Assembly (NCBI GenBank): GCA_963802945.1
Contig: CAWDKY010000026.1
Coordinates: forward strand, 1-61,100
Reading direction: 5' to 3'
Length of the DNA stretch: 61,100 bases
DNA from: an uncultured delta proteobacterium
GTDB taxonomy: Bacteria; Desulfobacterota; RBG-13-43-22
Shown here: one piece after another, positions 30,500-40,058 of the stretch
Numbering within the stretch: the stretch's first letter is position 1
Layout: the number at the start of each line of letters is the position of its first letter
Position numbers and translations under genes: made by a program
The notes under the pieces: generated by a model
The model's input: only the letters and a program-made list of their open reading frames with translations
What the model was told of the DNA's origin: nothing
Databases searched by the model: none

Positions 30500-30992
30500 A
30501 TGGAACCAAGGGCACTAGACACTTGGCCCCGTTCAAAACCATGATATCCTGATTCATCTCCAACGTGGTGTACAGGACCGTCGGCTCAAAAGTGATCCGC
30601 TTTTCCATCAACGTTGCCGTGGCTGGATACAATTTCTCCCCGCAAAACTTGGGCAGCCATTCCTCTTTTTACGCCTCTGTCTCAAACTACAAAATCGGCA
30701 TTGCCATCAAAAGGGGTGAAAGGGTCCCCAGGGCCAGACTGCCATCTTCCCAAGCCAGTTCTTACACCATGATGGCCGCATTGAGGGCCGAGCGTCCCAT
30801 GTCATAGCCTCCAAATTTCTCTGGGATGATATTGGGACAAAATCCCAGCTCCCAGACCTTGCTTAATAGCTCGGCCGGCAGTTCGTCTTTCTCATCGCAA
30901 TCTCTCGAAATCGGCCGCAGCTCCTTCTCGGCAAACTTACGCATCATGTCCTGAATCTGTTTCTGGTCTTAGTCTAATGTAAAATCAGCCAT
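30500..30992 (-). pseudogene. Acyl-CoA dehydrogenase pseudogene
   Basis: MADFTLD*DQKQIQDMMRKFAEKEL..IPEKFGG..MV*ELAW..IL*FETEA*KEEWLPKF..LNGAK; four in-frame stops; 3' truncated. Confidence 0.85.
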
Positions 30993-31086
30993 TGAAATAT
31001 CTCCTTTATCCTTTTACAAGGGTTATTGTTATAGATTATTAGGCCATTTTAGGCCGGATTCGCTAAAGGCTTGCCTAGCCTAGATC

Positions 31087-31569
31087 CTATTCATTGAGAG
31101 TGTTCTTTTCTATTTCAATAAACCTATTCATAACAAAATTGAAAAATTTAAAGCATCTGTTTTTGTATTTCTCTTCTTTCCGATACCTCTCTGCCTCCTC
31201 GGGTTTACTGAAGTCACATTGGGTGAGATTTTGGCATTGAGTGGCTCCAAATTTTTCTATAAAGTCTTTATAAAGGGCGTTTACGGCGGATATGGCCTTG
31301 TTTCTCTCTTCTTTATCTTCAAGGGGAAAGCAAGTTTTCCCTTGTCCTGAACGCAGACCAATAGCCACGTTGCTCCCGACCAATAAACCGCAAGTCGCAT
31401 CGCCTGAATTGACGGCGCCTAAATATCCGGCGGTCGCCCAGGAATCTTCGCCAAGCGGTAATCCCCAAATCTCTTGCAGCCCCTGCAAGGTAGCTTCAGC
31501 TCAAGTGGAAGCAACAAAGGTTTTGAATGTCCGTTCTAAAATCTCTTCATAATTTTTCTCTTTTGTCAT
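31087..31569 (-). CDS. C-GCAxxG-C-C family selenoprotein (Sec at codon 23, 160 aa)
   Basis: AGGAGG RBS, MTKEKNYEEILERTFKTFVAST-TGA-AEATLQGLQE..TCGLLVG..TQC..RC; SECIS-like hairpin follows the TGA. Confidence 0.88.
31473..31503 (-). promoter_or_regulatory. UGA plus bacterial SECIS element
   Basis: TGA (31501-03), 11 nt spacer, CTTGCAG-GGG-CTGCAAG perfect 7-bp stem with G loop. Confidence 0.8.
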
Positions 31570-31630
31570 TTGATCCTCCTAGATATGTGACCCAACGTTT
31601 AGGTGAAAAGCATTATCTCTTGTATTTGGA

Positions 31631-32074
31631 CTAATCGGTCCAATCAACGCCGCAGGATCGGCAGCGGCGGGCGCCTCGGAATAGCTGGGCACCGCAGTTT
31701 TTACAGCTGAACCATTTCATTTCGTGCTCGATCCACTTCTCTGTGCCGAGTTGACTCCAAAGGGGAATGGCGCGCTTTATCTGGCTTCGCGCGGCTTCAA
31801 ATGAAAACTCCTCGACGATGTTGCACGGCCAATCAGGACAGCGATGACATCCATCGAGACTCTTCTCTTGTGTGCAGCTCTTGATTGGGCAGGTTTTGCA
31901 TAATACAAATTGATTTTTGGAAAGACATCCTTCACATTTGATGTCATTTTGATCGACGCTATAGGCTGCGGCCATTACAGCTATGAATTTAAGGTTGCCG
32001 GATAAATAAGCCATTCGGATGCCGCAAACACCACAGTATAGTCCACAGGGGCTGAGCAAGTTTTCATCAATCAT
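31631..32074 (-). CDS. DUF3795-like Cys-rich protein
   Basis: PCGLYCGVC..CEGC..CKTCPIKSC..CHRCPDWPC. Confidence 0.85.
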   Translation of the reverse strand: MIDENLLSPCGLYCGVCGIRMAYLSGNLKFIAVMAAAYSVDQNDIKCEGCLSKNQFVLCKTCPIKSCTQEKSLDGCHRCPDWPCNIVEEFSFEAARSQIKRAIPLWSQLGTEKWIEHEMKWFSCKNCGAQLFRGARRCRSCGVDWTD

Positions 32075-32184
32075 GACGATACACCTCCAATCATTTGAGG
32101 ATAGGAATTCCCTACAATTTGAATTTCCCTTTGAAATACGTATCCCTTACATTTTTCACTTTATCCTTTAGGCCATAATGGGCC

Positions 32185-33027
32185 TTACGGTGATCGTTTA
32201 GACACAGGCACAGCGGCGACCATTTCAGTCGCGAGCGTTGAAACGGCGCATGATCCGAAGATTCCAAGGTCATCGGACAGCGTAGCCCGGGCCAGTCCTG
32301 TTCCCTCGTAAGAGACCCGTAGGTCTACGGCAACGCAGATCCACTGACTCGAGGGCGGTCGGTTCAAATGCATCGTCACTTCAGAGTTGATGAATCGAAG
32401 GCCCTCAGGAACCATGAACGAGATGCCTGAAAGGTAGTCCGCCGCTGCAGCCGCGCGGGCCGCCGGCGAAAGAGGTTCATGGGAAGTCAGCAAAAATGGA
32501 ATGTTTACCCAAGCGCAGGCGAGCTTTTCGCGTTCGCCAAACGTGATCGGCCGAATCTCTGCGACGTCGATGAACCGCGGGGGCTCGCTGGCTGGACGTA
32601 TGGGCTTCGCCAACGCATCGTGGCCCATCGGCGCCGGCCCGAGCGCGAGGTCGGGGACGTTAATCCCCTCCGGCGATGATTCTTTAAGGAACAGGCCCAA
32701 ACATCGCGCAACAAGGACGTCATTGATCATCATACTCGCGTCTGCCACCCGCACCCGGCTTCCCTCTCGTATGACCGTGTGAGCAATCCGGACGTCACCC
32801 AGGGGAGCCGGCCGGAATAGTTCGACCGACGATCGCGCCAGACGAAACCCACCGGTCCCAATCGCCGAGTCGAGCGCTTGCACGAGCGTCGCCTCGATCG
32901 CTGCGCCGTGCATCACATCGCCCCATGGGCCCAGCGTGTGACTTGTGGGTCTGAACACGTCGCCGGCGCGTTCGAAGAGATATGGAGATACGTCCATAAC
33001 AGTTTTCGAGTGATTGCCTATCTCCAT
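32185..33027 (-). CDS. Thioesterase family (TesB-like double hot-dog), GC-rich
   Basis: GPWGDVMHGA, LFRPAP, FINSEVTMHLNRPP. Confidence 0.85.
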   Translation of the reverse strand: MEIGNHSKTVMDVSPYLFERAGDVFRPTSHTLGPWGDVMHGAAIEATLVQALDSAIGTGGFRLARSSVELFRPAPLGDVRIAHTVIREGSRVRVADASMMINDVLVARCLGLFLKESSPEGINVPDLALGPAPMGHDALAKPIRPASEPPRFIDVAEIRPITFGEREKLACAWVNIPFLLTSHEPLSPAARAAAAADYLSGISFMVPEGLRFINSEVTMHLNRPPSSQWICVAVDLRVSYEGTGLARATLSDDLGIFGSCAVSTLATEMVAAVPVSKRSP

Positions 33028-33370
33028 TTAATCCTCCAGTTGTTGAAACGGCCTTAACATTTTAATACCTTTTATTTATCGAAGAAGAACCGGTACGTTC
33101 CGTGGCAACTCCCCTGTGAATGCATCAGACAGCCCTCAATTTTTGGATCGACCTGGTATTTCAGGCCGAGGGAATCGTACCAACAATTGATCCTGTGCAT
33201 TACGCCGCATCGGTACCCCTCGATGATCCCGATCTCCTTGATTCCTTTATAGGCAAAACAGCCTTCTTTCTCCCACTCCCACGCGATAACGTTCAGCTCA
33301 GGAACGGTTAAAGAAGTCTTCATGAAATCTGGAATAATGAGATCATGGGCCCCGCGTATAAATTCAACTA

Positions 33371-34505
33371 TAGTTAACGCCATAAATAAGTAGACATTAT
33401 GTGCATTCCATGCTATAATGACTCCCAATAAAATCACATTGGGAGGAAAGCCATGAAAGCTCTAAGCCTCGATCACCCAAAGATGACGCGAGAGACCTTG
33501 TTACGAATGGCCGATGAAATTCCGGGAGCTTGGATCGGCATGCGGATCGCCGGTTATCTTCTGCTCTTGGCCGGGTGGAAATCCACGGCTGTTGCCGAAC
33601 TGTTCGGGTTGACCCGGTGGACGGTGGTGAAATGGATTCATAAGAGCAACGAGGAGGGAATTGGGGCTGTCCGCGATCGATTTCGCCCTGGCCGGCCTTC
33701 CCACTTGGATGATCGCTTGAAGAGGGAACTGGACGTGGTCTTGTCCAAGTCTCCGAAAGACTATGGCATTGCCCGGGTCCGGTGGGATGGGGTGGTCTTG
33801 ACGGAATATTTGAAGCGTTTTCATCGCATAACCATCCATGTCCGCCATGCCCAACGGTGGATACGTCAGTTGGGGTATTCCCTGAGGCAGCCGATGTACC
33901 GGTTTGTTCAGGCTTCCCAGGAAGGGGTAGAGGCATTTCAGAGGGAATTAAAAAAAACTCCGCCAGGCCGAAAAGAGCGAAGGAAGAAGAATCATTCTGT
34001 TTGAGGACGAAAGCGGGTTTAGTCTTCATCCGAGGCTGGGTCGTGTCTGGGTAAAGAAAGGAACGCAACCGTACGTCTCCACCCGGAGCCAACATCAGAA
34101 GCGGCTTAATCTCTTTGGATGGGTCGCTCCCGTTGATGGGCTGCATGGCATGATGAAATGGAGGAAGGGCAATACCGAGGGCTTTATGCGGCTTCTCAAA
34201 AGCATCATGATACGTTTCAAAGATAAGAGTATCGATCTTTGGATAGATCGAGCCCCATGGCACAGGGGAGAGATGGTGGAGCACTTTCGGAGTCAACACC
34301 GTCGAGTGCATCTTCACTATCTTCCGCCCTACCATCCGGAGCTGAATTATCAAGAAACTCTTTGGCGAACCATGCGCTATGAGGAAACAACGAATGCCTT
34401 TTTTGAGACTCTTGAAACCCTGGAGGTCTCTGTCTTTAAAAGGTCGCAACGATGGAAACCTCAAAAGATAAAATCTTTATGTCCACTTATTTAAGACGTT
34501 CACTA
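33371..34505 (+). mobile_element. IS630-family insertion sequence (1135 bp)
   Basis: TA duplication (33369-70, 34506-07); 27 bp IRs with 23/27 match; HTH ORF plus DDE ORF. Confidence 0.93.
33453..34494 (+). CDS. IS630 transposase (two frames joined at an A8 run)
   Basis: orfA GRPS..W..LGYSLRQP; A8 at 33950-57; +1 frame ILFEDESGF..WIDRAPWH..LPPYHPELNYQE. Confidence 0.9.
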
Positions 34506-35010
34506 TAGTTCATCAAAACTCTCAAATTTATCGCTTGCCCCCAGTATCTTTTTCACCCTTTTCACCTCGAACGGGGCCATCATCTGAATCGCTGTGAGGT
34601 TCAATTTGTTTCCTACCTCAATACCACATTCCCTTACCGCGCTATAGTACCACATCGCGTCGTGCGTGATCCATCCCTTTGAGAGAAACTCTTTCAGGTC
34701 TTTCTTATCAATTCGATCCAGTGCATTCATGGCCACCCCCTTTTTCTATTATTAGAGAAAACGGCAATATACGACAAATAACTTTCTCGATCACCACCAT
34801 CCGCAAAAGCCAACGAAATGTCATCGCTGAAACGGAAATCTTTGCTGGGATGAAACAAGACCAGTGCCCGGGCCTTGCCCTCCCCACAGAGGTACTGGTG
34901 GAAGTAGTCCGCCTCAAGCTCTACGAAGATTGAAAAAGCAGTCCAGCCGGCAAGAAAGAACAGGCCTATTACGACTACAATCTTCTTTATCTCAGCTTTC
35001 TGGTTATCCT

Positions 35011-35083
35011 TGTCGAATATCGCAGGGTTCATCGGGAGGTGGGCGCCCTTTCCCGCCGATACGGTAAACCGACTGGTTCGACA
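35011..35083 (-). other. attC-like site
   Basis: Minus strand TGTCGAAC..GGTTTACCG...CGATGAACC..ATTCGACA; outer TGTCGAA/TTCGACA inverted repeat. Confidence 0.5.
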
Positions 35084-35182
35084 GCCCTTATCTTCAGCAA
35101 TTATACTACCTACACGAAATCGCTGTCGTATCTTTTGCACGCGCCCATAGGTGACAGGGGCGTCTTGTCATCAGTTTCCCTC

Positions 35183-35779
35183 TCAAGCGCTATGTTCGAT
35201 ATCGTCGGGGTATTTCCCATGCTTGAAAGCTTCAAACCAAATGGATCTCATTTCAGGGGTTGAAAGATTGAGTTCATTGAAAACATCCATTGCGAAATCA
35301 ACAGAGCCCAATCCACTAGCGCTAATAACATGCTGATCTCTGATTGACAAGGAATCAACATAATTATCATGCCCCGAATATTCGGGAACCATTGTTGATA
35401 GGTATTTTAGAGAATTGCTTGTATGCTTTCTCTCTCGCAGGATTCCGGCTCTCGCGAGAACTGTCGTTGCCGCACAAATCGCAGCAATTGGTATCTGTTG
35501 CTTCTCAAGACGAATCAAGAACTGATCAATCTCGGTTTTCGGGTACAAGCCCTCCCACATATAACCACCGGGCAGCAAGAAGATCAGAACATCGCCAAGG
35601 TCAACCTGAGATAACACTGTGTCAACCCTGACACTCAACCCTCCCATTGAAACTACGGGTTTGTCTGAGAAACCTACGGACACCACGTCAACTTTTCCGA
35701 AACGCCGAAGTTCAGCAAGGACGTTTCCAAGCTCCCAGTCAGCATACCCGTCAAATAATAATACATAGGCCTTCTTCAT
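35183..35779 (-). CDS. DJ-1/PfpI family protein
   Basis: FDGYADWE, LPGG, AAICAA. Confidence 0.9.
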   Translation of the reverse strand: MKKAYVLLFDGYADWELGNVLAELRRFGKVDVVSVGFSDKPVVSMGGLSVRVDTVLSQVDLGDVLIFLLPGGYMWEGLYPKTEIDQFLIRLEKQQIPIAAICAATTVLARAGILRERKHTSNSLKYLSTMVPEYSGHDNYVDSLSIRDQHVISASGLGSVDFAMDVFNELNLSTPEMRSIWFEAFKHGKYPDDIEHSA

Positions 35780-35833
35780 TTCACTCTCTCTTTCCTTTTA
35801 TCAGGTATCGAACTCGTAAATAGATAGATCTTC

Positions 35834-36916
35834 TCATCCCAGACCGGCCTTTATCGCCTCCCGCAGGGCTTTGCTATCTTTCGGAGGCTCCGGAAAATCG
35901 GGTTTATTGACCATGCCGATGGCTTCGGTCGGGCAACCGGTAGCGCATACAGCACAGCCGAAACAACGATCCAGGTTGACTTGGGGGAGGTCATTATCCC
36001 CCATAGTCAGTGCCCCCGGTGGGCAGCGATCAATACAAATACCGCAGGCCGTACAAAGATCGGAATCAAAACGAGGTTCAAAACCCGAGTTGAAAAACAA
36101 ACCGGGTTTGGGCCTGGCCAGGACGTTGGTTACGACAATACAGTGCCAGCGATCACAGCTACAAAGGTACCCGATATCCTCGGTGGTATTTTGACTCATG
36201 TGGATGAGCCCCGCTTTTTCTGCCCGATCCAGGATCGCCCTGGCCTCCTTCTTGGTCACTTTTTTACCCCCCAGTCTTTCAATGACGTATTGGGCTATGG
36301 GGCCGAATTGCATACATACATTGGTGGGCATCCCATGGATGTCCTCTCCACGCAAGACCGCCGCATGACGGCAATAGCAGGTGCTGACCGCAATAGGATC
36401 GTATTTGTCAATAAAAGATTGAACCTGGTCATAGGTATGGACCTGATTGTCGACCTTCACCAAGGCATCGACGGTGATCACCCTGTTATTGGGAAAAGTC
36501 GGTTCAGGGAGATCGGCTTTTTGATTATAAGTCTTTTTATAAGCATGGATGAGTTCGGCAATTTTTTTGTCTCTCTCAGCGGTCCTGCCGGGCATGAATT
36601 GAAATTCCAATAGTCCGGGCATACCTAATCTAGCCGCCTGGTAAAATCGGCCTTGATCCGTGGTCAAGGATAGGCAAAGCCCTTTGTCGGCCATGGCCTC
36701 GAGAATATCTTTGATTTCTCCCTCATCACGGCCTATGCCTGCCGCCATATCTTTGGCCGTGAATGGTCCTCTGGGCATGGCATTGTTGATTTCGGCTTCC
36801 TGAGGGGAGAATAATTCTTCCACCAGGGCGAAGAATTCAGGTATATCCATACCGGCGTACCTTCCTCCACGTTTTTGCATCACCTCAAGTAATTGTCGGT
36901 ATACTTCGTAACTCAT
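35834..36916 (-). CDS. Poly-Fe-S protein (HTH-like N-terminus, Cys-rich middle, 2x[4Fe-4S] ferredoxin C-terminus)
   Basis: CYCR..VCMQF..LCSCDRWHC..CTACGICIDRCP..CFGCAVCATGCP. Confidence 0.88.
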   Translation of the reverse strand: MSYEVYRQLLEVMQKRGGRYAGMDIPEFFALVEELFSPQEAEINNAMPRGPFTAKDMAAGIGRDEGEIKDILEAMADKGLCLSLTTDQGRFYQAARLGMPGLLEFQFMPGRTAERDKKIAELIHAYKKTYNQKADLPEPTFPNNRVITVDALVKVDNQVHTYDQVQSFIDKYDPIAVSTCYCRHAAVLRGEDIHGMPTNVCMQFGPIAQYVIERLGGKKVTKKEARAILDRAEKAGLIHMSQNTTEDIGYLCSCDRWHCIVVTNVLARPKPGLFFNSGFEPRFDSDLCTACGICIDRCPPGALTMGDNDLPQVNLDRCFGCAVCATGCPTEAIGMVNKPDFPEPPKDSKALREAIKAGLG

Positions 36917-36989
36917 GTTGATTTCCTCCAACTTTATTACTGACACTTTTAAAACCGATTGAGGATTATCCGATTCAAAAAGATCCCTT

Positions 36990-37493
36990 TCACCATTTGA
37001 TCCTAAAGAGAATCTCGCAGGCTCCGTTGCAATTATCCATGTCACGCTCGTTAATGACCTCTCCTTGTAAGCCGCAGCCTTCCATCCAGCCGGTAAATCG
37101 GAATTTGGCTGCGCAGTGGAAAGAGCTTGTCGTTCCCACCTTACTCACATTCTTATAAACATAGCAGTCGAGGACGCGGCCTACAACAGAGTGATCGTCT
37201 AATTGTTCAATCTCGTATTTATGCTCCTCCGGCATATAGAGATCGCAGGCAATAACCAAGAGCCTTTTAAAATTTTTCGAATTCATGATCTCCCCCCATT
37301 TCGTCGCGGCCATCAGCCGCTTTATCTCTATCTTCCCAAGCGACCCGGCAGCCGCCTGATTCAGCCTACTGGCTACAGCAAGGCCGGACTCCTGAGCAGT
37401 CTTTAATACCCACTGCCCATCATGTGAAATCCAGCAGGCTCGTATGAGCCTTTCCTTTTGTTCCGGAGTAAGTCTGACTTCGTTTGCATTCAT
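36990..37493 (-). CDS. DUF6125-like paralog C (divergent)
   Basis: CWISHDGQW..IEIKRL..CYVY..HCA..C..C. Confidence 0.75.
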   Translation of the reverse strand: MNANEVRLTPEQKERLIRACWISHDGQWVLKTAQESGLAVASRLNQAAAGSLGKIEIKRLMAATKWGEIMNSKNFKRLLVIACDLYMPEEHKYEIEQLDDHSVVGRVLDCYVYKNVSKVGTTSSFHCAAKFRFTGWMEGCGLQGEVINERDMDNCNGACEILFRIKW

Positions 37494-37537
37494 ATCTTTT
37501 ACCTCCTTAAAAACAAAACTGACAATCACAGCCCTAT

Positions 37538-38053
37538 TTATTTTTCAAAGAAAAACCGATAATCCCGAAAACATTGGCCGTGGGTGTGCATCATGCAGCC
37601 GGTGACTTTGGGCTCCACCTCATATTTAATCCCGAGCGTATCGAACCAGGTTTCTATCCGGAGCATAATGCCGCATTCATAGCGGTCTGCTACTCCTAAT
37701 CTTTTCATCCCCTCATAGGCAAAGCAGGGTTGCGCCTCTATGCGGATACTATTCTTTTTTGGAAAACTGAAGTTGACTTTCATGAATTTTCCAGTAACGA
37801 TTTTTATCGCTAATTTAAAAAAATACGTCATTTCGTCAAAGCTATCAAGCCGGGTGACCCCTAGGGCCTTTTGATAACGTTTGATCTCTATTGCTGACAT
37901 GGATTTTATGGCCGCCAAGTTGAGCTTGTTGGTCTTTTCTATTCCCAATTCCTCCAGACAGTTATAAAACCACATGGCATCATGGGTCATCCAGCCTTTA
38001 TTCAAAAGATCTTTCAATTCATCTTTGTCAATGGGAAGATTAACTTTTTTCAT
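37538..38053 (-). CDS. DUF6125-like paralog B
   Basis: GWMTHDAMW..CFAY..ECGIM..CMMH..QC. Confidence 0.8.
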   Translation of the reverse strand: MKKVNLPIDKDELKDLLNKGWMTHDAMWFYNCLEELGIEKTNKLNLAAIKSMSAIEIKRYQKALGVTRLDSFDEMTYFFKLAIKIVTGKFMKVNFSFPKKNSIRIEAQPCFAYEGMKRLGVADRYECGIMLRIETWFDTLGIKYEVEPKVTGCMMHTHGQCFRDYRFFFEK

Positions 38054-38090
38054 TTTTAAAAACTCCCTTCTGGCTAGTTATACCCCGATA

Positions 38091-39188
38091 TCAACCCTTC
38101 GCCGAAATGGATAAGGGGATTAACGTAGTACCCCTTATTTTGGAGGTTTGTTCCATCAATTCACGCCCACTAACCGGAGGAGTCATATGCTGCTCTTGGG
38201 GTTTTTGCAATAGTGCCATGGCTTGGCTAGGACAAGTAGTCACACAAAGGCCGCAGCCAATACACCGATCCGTGTTGACGAAAGCCACCTGATCATCATT
38301 GATGCCAATGGCCGCCATCTGGCAGCGTGTTAGGCATGTTTCGCAGGCCGTACACAACTCGGGATCGACTGTGGCATAGTAATGGCTAAAGACCACCTGA
38401 GCTGGATTGGACATCTTGTTGAGCTCTCGAAGAAGGCCGCAGCAGTCCCCACAACAGTTGCACATACCTCCGGGATTGATCATATTGGCCGGCTGGTTCA
38501 CCAGTCCCGCTTTCTCGCTGATATCCAAAACTTGCAGGGCTTCCTCCTGGCTAATATAGCGGCCCAATTTGTTTTCCACATAGTAATCCGCATGGAATCC
38601 GAAAAGCAGGCAGACTTCCTTTGGCTTATCGCATTCATTGCCAACCAATTTCTGCTGTACCCGGCAGATACAGTCGGCTAAAGCAATTTTCTCTTTGGTC
38701 TTGATGATTTCCCGGGCTTGCATATAGGGCGCCACCGGCCATTCAACCCGAATGGATTGCTGGACCGGAATAGTCCTCAAGGGGACAATATTTTTTCCCG
38801 GGGAAAAATCGAAGAAGCCTTCTTGGAAATAGGCCTCCACCATTTCAGCAAGATCGCGGTCCATATTCTTAAGTTGAAATTCATACGATCCGATCACAAA
38901 GGCCACGGCCGCATACTTGACCACTCCGTCTTTGCGCTGGCGGAACAGCAGTCCTTTCTGAGCCATGTCGGTCAGTAGTGTGGAAACTGCCTCTACATTA
39001 CGCCCAGTTCGCTCAGCGACCGACTCAGGTGTCTCCAGCATCATAGTCATATCGAGATACATCTTGGCTTCTTCTTCCGTAAAAAGCTTCTTAAGAATCT
39101 TGATCTCGATACCGGATGGGGTGGGTGGGAAACCAACCGAATACTGATCCAATTGCTCCCTGAGTTTTTCATATATGGATGAGTTCAT
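38091..39188 (-). CDS. Poly-Fe-S protein, paralog of 35834..36916
   Basis: CICR..C..VCLLF..MCNCCGDCC..CTACETCLTRC..CIGCGLCVTTCP. Confidence 0.88.
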   Translation of the reverse strand: MNSSIYEKLREQLDQYSVGFPPTPSGIEIKILKKLFTEEEAKMYLDMTMMLETPESVAERTGRNVEAVSTLLTDMAQKGLLFRQRKDGVVKYAAVAFVIGSYEFQLKNMDRDLAEMVEAYFQEGFFDFSPGKNIVPLRTIPVQQSIRVEWPVAPYMQAREIIKTKEKIALADCICRVQQKLVGNECDKPKEVCLLFGFHADYYVENKLGRYISQEEALQVLDISEKAGLVNQPANMINPGGMCNCCGDCCGLLRELNKMSNPAQVVFSHYYATVDPELCTACETCLTRCQMAAIGINDDQVAFVNTDRCIGCGLCVTTCPSQAMALLQKPQEQHMTPPVSGRELMEQTSKIRGTTLIPLSISAKG

Positions 39189-39373
39189 GAATACCTCCTT
39201 ATCCCGTTTTTCTGAAATTCGGCCAAAAGCGACGATTCACCTTTAGTCGTCGATTCTTTAAACCCCATCTTCTGAAAAGCATCTCTCAGATCACGATACT
39301 CCAGGAACAGACACATCCTCTCAAAAAAATCCGCCTTTTCGTATCGTTTCAGTATCTCTTCTTCTCGTTCCAT
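39185..39373 (-). CDS. Small hypothetical protein
   Basis: AAGGA RBS; ATGA overlap with the next gene. Confidence 0.55.
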   Translation of the reverse strand: MEREEEILKRYEKADFFERMCLFLEYRDLRDAFQKMGFKESTTKGESSLLAEFQKNGIRRYS

Positions 39374-39390
39374 AAAAATATATCCTTAAT

Positions 39391-39906
39391 TTATTTTTCA
39401 AAGAAAAACCGATAATCTCGAAAGCATTGGCCGTCGCTGTGCATCATGCATCCGGTCACTTTGGGTTCCACTTCATATTTTATGCCCAGCGTGTCGAACC
39501 AGGTTTCTATCCTCAGCATGATGCCGCATTCATAGCGGTCGATAACTCCCAAGGCTTTGATTCCTTCATAAGCAAAGCAAGATTTCCATTCACCATGGAT
39601 TAAGTTAGTTTCCGGCATACTGAAGCTATATTTCATAAATTTTCCGGTAACGATTTCCATCACTATCTTAAAAAACCTTTTTAACTCATCAAAGGTATCA
39701 AACTTACCGGCACCCAGGGCCTTTTGATAACGCTTGATCTCTATGGCTGCCATGGCTCTGATCGCAGCCTTATTGATCTTGTTGGTCTTCTCAATCCCGC
39801 ATTCCTCCAGGCAGTTGTAAAACCACATGGCATCGTGGGTCATCCAGCCCTTATTTAAGAGCTCCTTCAGTTCAGTTTTATCAAGGGGAATATTATCAGA
39901 TGTCAT
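39391..39906 (-). CDS. DUF6125-like paralog A
   Basis: GWMTHDAMW..CFAY..ECGIM..CMMH..QC; AGGAGA RBS. Confidence 0.8.
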   Translation of the reverse strand: MTSDNIPLDKTELKELLNKGWMTHDAMWFYNCLEECGIEKTNKINKAAIRAMAAIEIKRYQKALGAGKFDTFDELKRFFKIVMEIVTGKFMKYSFSMPETNLIHGEWKSCFAYEGIKALGVIDRYECGIMLRIETWFDTLGIKYEVEPKVTGCMMHSDGQCFRDYRFFFEK

Positions 39907-40058
39907 TATAAATCTCCTTTTTAGACAGGATTCAAGGGGCCAAGGACCGCAGGGCGGAGTGAAAGGCGTTGATAGTAACACCCTTAAACTCTTGATTTGC
40001 GAAATCCCGGCATCCTTTCATTAATATTTTTTCCGTTTTACTTCAGTCTTCAGCCTCA

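Larger units (their letters stand above)
33072..34730 (-). pseudogene. DUF6125-like paralog D interrupted by IS630
   Basis: GWITHDAMW..FESFDEL | IS | VEFIRGAHD..CFAY..CGVM..CLMH..C; removing the IS and one TA restores a 173 aa ORF. Confidence 0.88.

Noticed and set aside
33397-34464. 355 aa minus-strand ORF across the IS
   Set aside because: Antisense shadow of the IS630 transposase with no recognisable motifs.
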